Part shown: positions 1 to 11,480 of the stretch, in pieces
Numbering within the stretch: position 1 is the first letter of the stretch
Layout: each line of letters begins with the position of its first letter
DNA from: Guillardia theta CCMP2712
Lineage: Eukaryota > Protista > Cryptophyta
Length of the DNA stretch: 57,096 bases
Direction: 5' to 3'
Assembly (NCBI RefSeq): GCF_000315625.1
Contig: NW_005434673.1
Location: forward strand, 704,002-761,097
Translations under genes and position numbers: made by a program
The notes under the pieces: model-generated
What the model saw: only the letters and a program-made list of their open reading frames with translations
What the model was told of the DNA's origin: nothing
The model's database searches: none

Positions 1-61
1 CATCTTGCGGCCATGCCAGAGGATGGATTTACTGGCAGAAGGTAAAAAGTGCCTCAAGCAA

Positions 62-242
62 AATAAATGAGGATGGGGAGGGTACCTGCCGTCGAGAACG
101 AGGATCCCCCACTGTATCGATGACGCTCTGAAGACCAGCTTCGTTGAGCATCGACCGAATCGTACGAGTAAGGTTGTCATGCGCCGTGGGAAGCTTGGAG
201 GATCGGCGTTTGCAGGTCTGGAGATGATGTGCAGCAACGGAG
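62..242 (-). mobile_element. Fragment of an RLE-class (CRE/NeSL-like) non-LTR retrotransposon ORF: end of CCHC zinc knuckle plus the (R/A)HD helix
   Basis: Translation ...AAHHLQTCKRRSSKLPTAHDNLTRTIRSMLNEAGLQSVID matches the HxxxC...RHD...L..AG motif that precedes the restriction-like endonuclease. It runs into the N gap. Confidence 0.7.
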
Positions 243-342
243 NNNNNNNNNNNNNNNNNNNNNNNNNNNNNNNNNNNNNNNNNNNNNNNNNNNNNNNNNN
301 NNNNNNNNNNNNNNNNNNNNNNNNNNNNNNNNNNNNNNNNNN
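243..342. other. Assembly gap (100 N)
   Basis: Run of N. Confidence 1.
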
Positions 343-394
343 CCATCACATTTCGTCGGACACTGGCAGATCGGCATGCCAGTAAATCCACGCT

Positions 395-478
395 CGCTGT
401 GCGCTGTGTGCCAGGAGGTTTAGCTTGTTCCTGCTTTGTTTTGCTTGAGGCACTTTTTACCTTCTGCCAGTAAATCCG
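395..478 (+). repeat. Dispersed repeat segment ending ...GGCACTTTTTACCTTCTGCCAGTAAATCC
   Basis: Near-identical copy at ~6867-6949 (+) and a partial inverted copy at ~24-67 (-). Confidence 0.9.
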
Positions 479-572
479 ACCTTAGGCCAGCCTGAGGAGG
501 ACTTGATGCGTCACTTAGTCACCTCGAGCGGTACCCATGATGCTCCTGACATCTGAGTTTTACTCGCAGAAG

Positions 573-800
573 TGATAGGATATGTTTGCTGACTTCCTGT
601 CTTTCTTAAGTAGGTGTCCTAGGCAGTCTCGTTTCTTAGGAAATTAGATTACTTACTTTTCTTTATCTCTAACGTTGATTTGGAGTAAATTGCCGTTGAA
701 TTGTGCATTGCTGTCGCGCGCTTGTTCTTTGGTTTCTTGACGGGATCACTTCGTGTGTCAACACTGGATCGAGAGATACTTGTAGGAAGTTTTCCTAACA
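573..800 (+). repeat. 5' LTR
   Basis: TGATAGGA...TCCTAACA with an imperfect 8-bp terminal inverted repeat. Identical by eye to 6060-6287. Confidence 0.97.
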
Positions 801-816
801 TTTTGGTACGCGAAGG
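801..816 (+). promoter_or_regulatory. Primer binding site region (TTTTGGTACGCGAAGG)
   Basis: TGG-containing segment immediately 3' of the 5' LTR. Cognate tRNA not recognised. It can pair with LTR 749-761. Confidence 0.6.
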
Positions 817-867
817 CCTGGTTTTCCTCTCGGAGTTGTTGTGTTGAAAGAAGTTGTTCAAGAAAAC

Positions 868-2260
868 ATGGATAGGACGAGCATTCAGTCAGGTAGCGTC
901 GTCTCGGACTTCATGAGTCGAAGCATGTCGCGGTTGGGCAGCTTTGTGAAGGAGACATTGAATGGGTCAGCAGAGCAGCGTTTTCCTACGGTGACAGGCA
1001 TGTCGCCGCAGTCACATGCGTACGATCCGTCGGAAACTGTCATTCAGCAGGAGGCTGTCGTACGTGCCGACAGTGTTGACAGTGGTCGTACAGTGCCTTC
1101 ATGGTTGGAGAGCAGGGATGAAAACGAAAGAGATGGTCCCGCCCTTCCCTTGAAAGCCAGTTTTCGTGACATCGTGGAGGAAAACGAGCACCTACGCCGG
1201 ACATGTAGAGAGCTCAGGTCGGTGGAACAGAACAACATGGATAAGATGCACAATAGCTGATCGCAAACTCCAGGATCTTGTGAGGGCACTTGAGGAATCC
1301 CAGCGAGAGAACCGTAGGCTTGCCAAGGAGGCAGCGGAGATGCGTGTACTGCTTTGTGAGCGGGTTCGGGAACCCGAGGACAAGCCTCACAAGCTTAAGC
1401 ATGCGCGCGCCGAGAATGACGGTGGTCAGATTTGCAAGCTGGATCCGAAGTCATTGTTGCAGTACAATGGTGAGCAGACCATGGAGAGGTCGGTGGTCTC
1501 ATGGCTCGGATATATCGAAGGCAGGTGTAAATTTCACCGTATAGCACGCCATCGATGGGTAGGAGCGGCCATCTCCGCGTTCGGGCCGGAGGTGCAGCTA
1601 TGGTGGGCCACACTCCCGATGGCTGAGCAAGATCAGTTCTCTGCTGAGCATGGTGATTGGGAACAGTTTGTGGAGAAACTGTTGTTGAAATGGTTACCAT
1701 TCGAGTTTATTGAGAAACTTGAGCGTCATGTGCAGAAGCAGGCTAGGCAAGGGCCCAAGGAGTCCGTTGAGGCGTACACCGCAAGATTCCAGGCGATGGT
1801 TACACACCTGCAGGCGTGCTACCTTGTGTCCAAGAGACCTAGTGTTGCGCTAGGTAGCTGGGAACGCGCCTTTGTCGATGGGATTCAAATGGACTATGCG
1901 CGTGCCATGCTACGGAAGGAATTGAGCATGCTGATGGAACGCGATGGTAAGACGTTTGGGATTACTTATCATGCGGAGCCGTCGGAGATGGGCAAGTATT
2001 TGCCGCAGTTGTATCGCGAAGCTCTTAATCTGCGTCAGAGACACCCACAAGACGGTCAGACGAGTCTTCATTTCACCCAAGCACAACCTCGTCATGAGGG
2101 CAAGCGGTCGGCTCCTACTCAGAGCGAGGACATGCAGGGCAAGGAGAAGAAGTTCGACAAGAAGAAGGTGAAGTGCTACAACTGTCAGAAGTTCGGTCAC
2201 TTCAGAGACAAGTGCCCTCTCTTGTCGAGGTCTGAACAACCGTCAGCTTTAAACCAGTGA
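868..2260 (+). pseudogene. gag: gag, with one frameshift near 1245-1260
   Basis: ORFs 841-1260 and 1166-2260. Retrotransposon gag-like QGPKESVEAYTARF and zinc knuckle CYNCQKFGHFRDKC. Confidence 0.9.
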
Positions 2261-2290
2261 CGTCGGTTGCCGCGGAGGGCGCAATCGACG
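2248..2290 (+). promoter_or_regulatory. -1 programmed ribosomal frameshift signal (gag-pol)
   Basis: Slippery heptamer T_TTA_AAC (2248-2254) in the gag frame, 6-nt spacer, then a 10-bp stem CGTCGGTTGC/GCAATCGACG. The protease ORF is in the -1 frame. Confidence 0.85.
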
Positions 2291-5200
2291 GGGGCACGGG
2301 TTTGCAGACTTCGAATGTTGTCTTCGACCCGGGCACACCTCCGACAGAAGATCCTAGGGATGTTCGTCAATGTCGTATCACCGTTGACTCTCACAGGATC
2401 AAAGCTCTACCTATGGTACCTGTGACCTTTCGGTTCGGGAATCAATCCATAGTTCTTAATGCATTGCTCGATACAGCTGCTGAAGAGTCGTTTATCAGCA
2501 CGAAGGCAGTGCGCAAATTTGGTCTGTCGGTCACGGATGCAGAAGTTCGCAAACGAGTTATCATGGCCGATGGGACGTGTAGGTTGTCTGATATGGTTTT
2601 CCAGACAAAATTGGGCGTAGGCTCCAGTTTCAAGAGTAGTGGGTCGTTCTACATGCTTGACTTGCCGCATGCGGACATGATCCTCTCATGGGAATGGATG
2701 CGTGCGAACAAGATCGTGATTGATGCGGGTCACCCCAGAGTCTTTGCCAAGTGGCGCAAGAAGATGGTCGAGCTTCCGTTACTTGTTTGCCCGACAAACA
2801 AGCAATTTGGGGCTGCGGACGCCTCGCTGTGTCAGGTACTTTCTTACACTGAGGCAGTGAGAGACCTCAGTCAAGCAGAACGATTCGGAATGGTACGTGG
2901 TACATTTGTGCAACCTGTTGGAGATGGCTCAGCCGACAGATGGTGCCACGAGTCTCGAGCAGAAGGCTGCCGAGACGATCATGGAAGATTATTCGGATGT
3001 CATTCGTGATGACATTCCCAGCGACGTTGTTCTTGACCGGTCCTTCAAGGCGACGATTCGACTCAAGGATAACGTTGAGGCGGTGCAAAAGAAACCTTAC
3101 CCTGTGCCACTCGCGTTGGAGGAGGAGTTGAAAGCGAATCTTGCCTTCTTGTTGGAGCGTGGGATCATTGAACCTTCGACGTCTGAGTTTACGTCTCCCG
3201 TAATCTTCACAAAAAAGTCTGATGGTACATTGCGTTTTTGCACTGATATGAGGTTCGTTAACAGCTTGATCCGGAATGATAACTTTCCATTGCCGTTGGT
3301 GATGGAGCTGATAGAACGAGTGGGTCGAAAGATCATGGGCACGGTTGTGGATCAGCTCACTCGACCTGGCGAAAAGTTTTTGGCAACTTGAGTTGGACGC
3401 CGCGTCGAGGAAGTACACCTGTTTCATCACGAAGTTTGGGAAATATCAGTATCGGAGGATTCCTTTCGGCTTGGTAGATTCGGCAAATCAATTTCAGAAA
3501 TTTCTCGAGAGTGTTCTTCAAGGTCTCGAGAATTGCCTGAGCTATATCGACGATGTTTGCTTGATCAGTTATGGGAGCTTGGAGAGACATGAGCGTTTGC
3601 TTTGACAGGCTCTGGATCGATTTCGTAAAGAGCAGTTGTTTGTCAAGAAGTCGAAATGTAAGCTGTTTCACTCTGAAATTGATTTCCTCGGTTTCCACAT
3701 CAGCGAGGCAGGCGTCTCGACACAAGAGAAAAAGGTACAAGCGATTGTGGATCGTTCGGCGCCGCAAACAACGAAGGAACTCAAGTCGTTTTTGGGAGTG
3801 TTGAACTTTTACAGGAAGTATGTGCCGGATTACGCAGCGTTAGCACTTCCGCTAACGAATCTTCTACGTAAGAATGTGAAGTTTTGTTGGGATGACGCGC
3901 AAGAGGCGGCCTTTCAGGAGCTGAAGAAGCGTTTGATATCAGCCCCTGTTTTAAGGTACTTCAACCCAGCGTTAGCTACTTGCGTGTTGGTCGATGCGAG
4001 CGACTACGCCATTGGTGCTGTCTTGACACAACAGCATGGCGAAGATCTGTTGCCTGTCGCCTTCTTCAGCAAGCGTCTCAACAGTGCCGAGGTAAATTAT
4101 TCAGTGCGCGAGAAAGAGCTTCTGGGATTGATTTCAGCATTGGTTCATTTCAAGTTTTACTTGTACGGACGCAGGGTGTTGGTTCGTACAGATCACAAGA
4201 GTCTCAAGTATCTTCTCACGCAGAGCAACCTCACGGGTCGATTGTTTCGATGGAGTCAAATTCTTGCTGATTTCGATTTGGATGAAATCTCCTACATTCC
4301 TGGAGAAGAGAATGTCATCGCTGACTACCTATCTCGTCCGAACGATTCTACGGTTGTGCCGTCACAGAGTGCGTTAGACGATGAGATTCGACAGCGTGCT
4401 GATTTGGTCAACTTGGATCCTACCTTGCTTTGTACCATCTCGTCCTCTGGGGAGGGGGAGGTGATGGAGGTGACTGACAGTGATGCAGAGGTTGTTACGC
4501 ACTGCTACGCTCTAGCAACAGACAACGCATTTACAGCTGATGTCGTCAAAAATTATCAGCAGGACAGATATTTCGCGCAGGTTCTCCAGGACATTCAACA
4601 GGGAAACCTGGTCCCAATGCAGCGTCGAACTTATTTTCTGCGAGACGGAGTCTTGTTTTGGAAGGACTCGCTGGGTCGGGAACGTGTGTGTATTCCTTAT
4701 CATTCTCGAGCGAAGTTCTTGCGTCTGATTCATGACGATTCTTGCCATGTAGGGAAGACGAAGACTTTCTTGAAGGCGTCGCAAATTGCCTTCTGGCCGA
4801 CCATGAGTAAGGACGTCGCGAACTATGTCAACTCGTGTGCGGAGTGCTTGCAAGGCAAGAGTTACAAGCAACGAGCGGCTGGCGAACCGCACAGTCATTT
4901 GGTTCCGCGTGAGCGATTCGAGAAGATTTCAGTGGATTTGCTTACAGCGCTGCCCACCTCGAAGCGGGGAAACGACAGTGTCTTGGTGTTTCTCGATCAG
5001 TTTTCCAACAGGGTGTTCTTGTATCCGTGTAAGAAGACGATCACATCGAAAGGAGCAGCTCGTGCGTATTTCGAGACGGTTTATCGTGCTCAAGGGATTT
5101 GCAAAACGTTGGTCTCGGACAACGGGAGTTTATTTTCTTCAGAATTTTGGACTGAGTTGTTCACTCTCATGGGAATCGACATACGCCATAGCAGCGTTTA

Positions 5201-5991
5201 TCATCCGCAGTCGCAGGGACGAGTTGAGAAGTTCAACAGTGTCATAGTTGAAGCCTTGCGGATCTTCTGCATGCGACACGATAGCAAGTCTTGGGATGAT
5301 TATCTCGTACATCTGGAGACAATTTGGAATACGACCGTTAGAGATGCGACGAATCTTACGCCGTTTGAGATCATCTATGGCAGAGATGTTCGTACAGTTT
5401 TGGACCTGACTCCTGACGATCGTGCTGAGGACGTGGAAGAGGTACGTGACAAGATCATGGCGGCCGTCGACTTGGCTCGCGATGCGTTAACGTTGTCAGC
5501 GATTCAGAAGGAGAAGACTATGAAGAAATCTCGAAAGGATCTACAATTCAATGTTGGCGACTTCGTTATGTTGTCGACGCGCGATTTGAAGTTGCATGAG
5601 TCCATGGGCAAGATGAAAATTCGTTTCATTGGGCCTTTCGAGATACAAGAGAAAGTTTCAGATAACTCTGTGCGCTTGGAGTTTACACCGCGTTTTCAGC
5701 ATATGAAGAAAACAGTTTTCAACGTGGCGAAACTTCGTCCTTACTATTTTCGAGATGTTTCTCTGGATGAAATTGAACCACCACCGTTGCCTTTGGTTCA
5801 ACGCGATGGACAGTATTTTGAAGTCGATCGTATTTTGGCTCGTCGTGGGAAAGGTAATCGTGTGCAGTACCTGGTTCGTTGGAAAGGACTATGACAAGTC
5901 GTCGGATGATTCTTGGTTGTCTACGCGTGAATTTCGCACTCCAGAGTTGAGGAAAATGATTCGTGATTTCAATCTTGTGAATGCTAAATGA
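2257..5991 (+). pseudogene. pol: pol (protease, RT, RNase H, integrase, chromodomain), disrupted
   Basis: ALLDTAA protease site; LRFCTDMR, SLDLAKSFWQ, IPFGL, YIDD; DASDYAIGAVL, TDHKSL; HPQSQGRVE; YLVRWKG. Frameshifts near 2897, 3335 and 5889; in-frame TGA at 3603-3605. Confidence 0.95.
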
Positions 5992-6059
5992 TTCTTGGTG
6001 TTTGCAGCGAAGTTGGAGCTGAGAAGTGTGTTCTCATCCATCAGCGCTAGGGAGCGAAA

Positions 6060-6287
6060 TGATAGGATATGTTTGCTGACTTCCTGTCTTTCTTAAGTAG
6101 GTGTCCTAGGCAGTCTCGTTTCTTAGGAAATTAGATTACTTACTTTTCTTTATCTCTAACGTTGATTTGGAGTAAATTGCCGTTGAATTGTGCATTGCTG
6201 TCGCGCGCTTGTTCTTTGGTTTCTTGACGGGATCACTTCGTGTGTCAACACTGGATCGAGAGATACTTGTAGGAAGTTTTCCTAACA
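6060..6287 (+). repeat. 3' LTR
   Basis: Copy of 573-800, preceded by a short purine-rich tract AGGGAGCGAAA (weak PPT). Confidence 0.97.
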
Positions 6288-8108
6288 GGGTAGTAGCTCG
6301 AGACTCGCATCGGAGAGTGGCTCAGGTCTCGCTCAGGAAAATGAGCGAAGATGGTAGACTGCAAGACCCTATCCTGCGACTTGAGCGAGTGTGTCCTGCG
6401 GCTGTGCAAGGTGAGGATATCACGCTGCTGATCGGTCAGCGCAGCGCGAGCATGCACATGGCGAGGGAAGACGCGCATGACAAGAGGGGTCACATTTCGC
6501 TGCGCAGGCGGAGGAATGAAGTGCTCATGAGACGAGTCGACGAGAGCGCGCAAAGCAGGACGCCCCCCGGCATCTGTGGTAGCAGCCGGGGCCTTGTCGG
6601 CGGCTGCCCTTTCTTCGTCCGCGGCCGCCCGCTTTGTGGCGGCAGCGGACGTCTCGACTGACAGTGGTCAGTCGGCTGCCTCCGGGTATCGCGTCTAAGG
6701 GATTTTCTTCCTCCTGCATGCTCCTGCTGCTTGTTGCTTAATTGCCTGACCGTCCTTAGGCTGCTTGTCTGCGCGGCTTCGCGCTTGGGCTGGCGCTGCC
6801 GCGTCTGGGTGCCAGCAGTGCTGGTTCTTTTCGGGCTTGTGTTTTGTGTGTGTTTGTGCAGCTTCTCGCTGTGGACTGTGTGCCTGGAGGTTTAGCTTGT
6901 TCCTGCTTTATTTTGCTTCAGGCACTTTTTACCTTCTGCCAGTAAATCCTATGCTGTGCACCCGACGTCACAGTGAGGGACGGAGACGCCTCGCCAGCTC
7001 CGCGCCGATCGTCGGCGCCACTCGAAGGGTGTCCCCCATCGGAGTCGGAGACCTCCGGCGAAGACTCCTCGGGCGACTCGACAAAGTCCGAGGAGGAGCT
7101 GTCCTCTGGCTCGAGAAGTGCTTGCGCCCGCAAGGGCGTCATGCGCCTCGCACCAGACAAGAGCGCTTCCAGCGTAAGCTGCATGGTGAGGCGCTGATAG
7201 GTGGCGGCGCGTTTGCGAGCCAAGACCTCAGCAGCAGGTCCGTCATCAGGCACGAAGTGCCGACCAAACGCCGCATCCTCAAGAGGCATTGAGCGCTGAG
7301 CAATGATGTCCGCCAAATACCAGATGAAGCGGAGGGTGTCAGGATGCAGGGTACCGTCCGTCGAGATGGCAAGAGGGATGAACGCTCGAGGAGGAGTAGC
7401 ATATGCAGCGCGATGTTTGGAGGGCGTCGAGGTTGACCTCCCCCCACTTGGTCAGGTCGGCAGAGCTACCAATGTAAGGGTGGACCAACGTCACGTCCGC
7501 CATCAAGCCCTCGTACTGCTCGGACCCTCGATCGCGGATTCCAGGGATGTGGATATCGCCCTTCCTCGGACTTTGTCGAGTCGCCCGAGGAGTCTTCGCC
7601 GGAGGTCTCCGACCCCGATGGGGGAAACCCTTCGAGTGGCCCCGACGATGGGCGCGGAGCTGGCGACTCGGAGGCGTCTCCGTCCCTCACTGTGACGTCG
7701 GGTGCCTCCGGAGAGCTCGACACCACTGGGGTGCTTGCTGCTGGTCCGAGCTCGCCTGCTTCCTCCCCGGCATCGGTCGGGTCACGCCGGTCCTTGGGCA
7801 TTGCCGCGGCGTCGCCGCCGTCACGGCTACCACTGACTCGGCTACCGCTGACTCGGAGGCTAGCGAGGAGGACTACCTCGAGCGGTACCGTGTTCATGTG
7901 TCCAGCCTCCCTCCGTCCGCTGCCCCAGGCGGACCCCCGGGCAACGCCGGCTCCTTGTCGGCGGCTGCCCTTTCTTCGTCCGCGGCCGCCCGCTTTGTGG
8001 CGGCAGCGGACGTCTCGTCGGACTGACAGTGGTCAGTCGGCTGCCTCCGGGTATCGCGTCTAAGGGATTTTCTTCCTCCTGCATGCTCCTGCTGCTTGTT
8101 GTAAATCC
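6288..8108. mobile_element. Mosaic of rearranged fragments of a non-LTR retroelement family, with internal direct and inverted duplications
   Basis: Direct repeat ~6592-6736 / ~7953-8101. Inverted repeat ~6958-7094 / ~7563-7706. 7865-7889 matches 494-535. An RLE coding fragment lies between the inverted copies. Confidence 0.8.
7125..7567 (-). pseudogene. Restriction-like endonuclease (PD-(D/E)xK) domain of a CRE/NeSL-like non-LTR retrotransposon, frameshifted
   Basis: Manual translation RKGDIHIPG...ADVTLVHPY...(shift)KHRAAY...FIPLAISTDGTLHPDTLRFIWYLA fits the RxD...DVT..hP...K..Y...F.P....G signature. Confidence 0.8.
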
Positions 8109-8460
8109 TATCACCCTGTTGCGCTATCTGACTGGCACGGCTGGCATACGTTCCATCAGTATTCCGTCAGGAGGAAGCGAGGAATCGAGCGATAGCGGCG
8201 TACTGGGTGTATCCCCGACTATGATCTTTAACTTAACTTTGAGTAAAGATGCGACCCCGGAAGCTGACGCCGGCAGCGCCGTCGGGGGCGGCGGGCCTCG
8301 ACTCTGTCCAATCCGGGTTTTCAGTACTCAAGTCAAAATTTTTCAACATTTTGAAACCGGTGATGGAAATGTCGATCGTGTCTGCTGATCTCCTGCCCTC
8401 CTCCTCCTCCTCCTCCTCCTCCTCCTCCTCCTCCTCATTTATTCTTCTCTCCTTCTCCTT

Positions 8461-11243
8461 ATGATCTTCTCGCCCCATGCCCAACAATCTCCACCAGAGT
8501 GCGACCTTGAGGAAGCAGCTCAGCGATGCGCAGAGCTGGTCTGGATGGACAGGCCATGCTTCGAGTGCGGGCTCAAAGTTCGCTCTTGCCTCTGTAGGCC
8601 GCCCAGCGAGTCTACTGGCCCGCGCCAGCTTTCCGTGTCACAACTCTACGAGCAGCTGAGCATGAAGACCTATGGCACTCAGTTGCGGTTGTTGCAGGGT
8701 GCGAAAGATTCAGCCAGCGAAACGCCTAAGGAAAGAAGAAGGCAGGGGAACCATGATGAGCTCTTCCAGCCGTCCTCAGAAGTGGGTTATCCTCTTCAGG
8801 GCAAGAGAATGCAGGTACTGATCAAGGCGAAGAGAGGGCTGGTAGATCGCGGTAGCCGAGCTGCAATCCAAGTGGTCTGCTCTTGCCTCGAACACCCTGA
8901 GCAGTACGTGCGAGGGGCAGCGGTTGAGGCGTTAGGGAAGATCTGCGAGAGAGGAGACAAGGAAGCCATCGGGATCATCCTTCCGCTACTCGCCAGCGAG
9001 CACGATGGCACCAGAGACGCTGCAGCTGAGGCTTTGAGCCTCGTGGCTGCTCGAGGGGATCAAGACGTCATCTCCAAGGTGCTGGCGATCGCCAAGAGCA
9101 GTCAACTCCTACAGTGTCGGGTGTCAGCAATCAAAGTGATTCCGCGAATCTCGCTGCGAGGAAGCTCGTCGGTGGTTGAATCGCTCATCGCGCTAGGCGA
9201 TGTCGGGCACCTCGAGCTTGTACTAGTGATCCAAGAGGCGCTCGTTGATCTCTGCTTGAGGGGTGACAGACGTGCCATCTCTCTCTTGTCTGCTCAAGCT
9301 TGCAGCCCTGAGCCTCGCGCTCGCATCGCTTCAATCTTGGGGCTTGCTTCCATTGCTGAGGTAGGTGTGAAAGTGATGTTGAGGGATCTGACAGGGAGGT
9401 AGAGAGGTGACCGACAATGCTCGCAAGTGGTCTTGTCTTTGACTTCTGACCCCGTGAGCTCTGTGCGTGAAACAGCTCTCTGGGCCATGACCTCGGTGAA
9501 GCTCTCGACCTGCTGTTTCTTTGCTGTTACTCTTTGCCGTTACTCAGCTCTGCAAGCCTGGCGATGGCAACGCATTCCAGGTGCTTAAGAAAGCCCTACA
9601 GGACTGCGACAAAGACGTGCGAGCAGCAGCAGCTTCAGCGATTTTTCCGCTCGTGCCTGTAGGCGGGAACTCAAAACCATGGCTATCTGGCAGTGCCGCC
9701 ACGAATCTCAAGCTTCTCTGCGTGGAGGTGAGCTGGTTGAGCCGTGAAGGCAATCTGACATGATGAGATAGCTGCAATCATGCCTTGAGGACGTGCCCGA
9801 AGATATGAAAGAGCAGGCAAAAGCGTTGATCAGAAAGTTCGGAGACGACACATCTGGTCCAGCATTGAAGACTCAAGACGAGGTTTCTTCGAGCAGCTGC
9901 GAAATTCGACCACAGGATGAGAGGGACTCGCTTGTCTTGTCCTCACGACGTCTTTCACATCCTCTCTCCTTTTCCTCCTCTTTCACCTCTACAACTGCTA
10001 ACGGAAGGCTATTGGAAGCTGCTGCCAGACCGAGCACGAGCGGGAGCCCTACAAGGGCGAAAGGTTCCCTTCCCCGGACAGGTTGACCGGTCCATCCTGG
10101 CCTGCAGCTTCTTGAGCTTGAGCGCTACAGGAAGTTCTCCGGCGTCTTCAACTGCGGGGGGCGACATCCCAGGTGGCTGCTGCGGATGCGACGGCTGAGC
10201 CTCAGCTAGTCACGCAGGCGATTCCTCGAGGGCCTTCAAGATGCGGTTCCAAAAGTTCGTCGACGACGCGATGCGCGAGCAGACGGCAAGTGCTGGGGCG
10301 AGTTCCGAGCAAGTCGAGGAAGAAATCTCTCTTCTTGTTCTGCAGGCAGCAGCTGGACATGCGTGGGGGAATCGTTTGAGAGATGTCGCAGATGGTCTTG
10401 ATTGTGAGCACATCAGTAGCAGTTGAAGACAATGCACGTCTGATCGAAGAGGAATCAGAGAAAGAGAGGTAGACAGCCGACTGATTCATCCTTTAGGTCG
10501 ACCAGAAACAAAAGCGATTATGGAGCCAACAACTCAAAGACTTGAAAGCCTCAAAGTCTTCAAAAAGTTCCAAGCTTGTTCTGCCAAAATCAAGTGGTCG
10601 GCCGATGAGGTTTTCCTTTCTCTTTAACTTCTCTCTCCTCTAACGCACCTGTTCAGCATGTCCATGAGGTCTTCTGCTCGTGCTGCAGACTCTGCAAGTT
10701 CTGGTTTTGCTTTTGGGAACCTTGGCTTGTTGCTCGCAGGACAACAGCGAGATACTGACAGCTCCTCGTCCTCCTTCCCTTCTCCCTGCGTGATGGTAAA
10801 TTTGCCTACTGCTTTCTCAGACTCACGCGGCTTGCAGGTGGACTTGCGGATTGACCGTAGGAGACTCGCTGAGCTGACGCTGATGCAGGCCGACACCGTC
10901 AAGGTGAGCGATGAATGGAAGACAAAGAGGGAAGGATTTTTTGAGGGAGGTCGATACGAGGGGAGGGAGGCAGGGGGACGGCGTTGGAGCTAAAAAAAAT
11001 GAGAGGGAGATAGGAAAGCGATGACCGTGTGAGAGAATATTGAGGGAAGTCAGCGAAGAGCGAGGGGAGGAGGGGAGTGAAGGGCACCTACTCGTGCTTC
11101 AACAGGTTGAGAAGAATGAGTCCAGAAATCGCGGGAGCGGTGAAGGACGAGAGTCTCTTGTCATGACAGGCAGTCAGCGCAAGCCTGTGCGGCAACACAC
11201 GTTGGTGAGAGTCAAGTTGGTGCTGCCTGCTGACGGCAACTGA
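8461..11243 (+). CDS. HEAT/armadillo-repeat protein, multi-exon; 3' extent uncertain
   Basis: Repeats such as LEHPEQYVRGAAVEALGKI and LQDCDKDVRAAAASAI, with short GT-AG introns. Confidence 0.7.
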
Positions 11244-11480
11244 CGCCGGTGACTCCAGTCGGTCGAGAAGTTCATGAGCAACTTCTCCATCAGCCTGGAG
11301 CTCAAGAAACGAGCGAGAGGAGGTGAGCTGAGGCGGGGCAGCTGAGGCGGGGCAGCTGAGGCGGGGCAGCTGAGGCGGGGCGCTGACTCGGGCTGTGATG
11401 ATGACGTAGGCTTGATCGGAAACCTCTCGAGAAGCTTCGCAAGTTCCACGACCCAGACCTGACGGCAAGCCGAGTAAACG

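Larger units (their letters stand above)
573..6287 (+). mobile_element. Ty3/Gypsy LTR retrotransposon, chromovirus type, full length but coding-defective
   Basis: Two 228-bp LTRs (TG...CA). Domain order gag(CCHC)-PR-RT(YIDD)-RNase H-IN(HHCC, GPF)-chromodomain. Confidence 0.97.

Noticed and set aside
343-423. GMPVNPRSLCAVC as the first half of the retroelement CCHC finger
   Set aside because: Plausible, but it lies on the opposite strand across a gap and overlaps a repeat segment also found at ~6867, so it was not called separately.
1245-5894. Programmed +1 frameshifts or tiny introns explaining the Gypsy lesions
   Set aside because: The sites share no motif, one is a plain 7-bp duplication, and retroelement ORFs do not normally retain introns.
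6188-8063. Numerous overlapping Ala/Ser/Arg-rich ORFs
   Set aside because: GC-rich transposon debris without coherent domains other than the RLE fragment.
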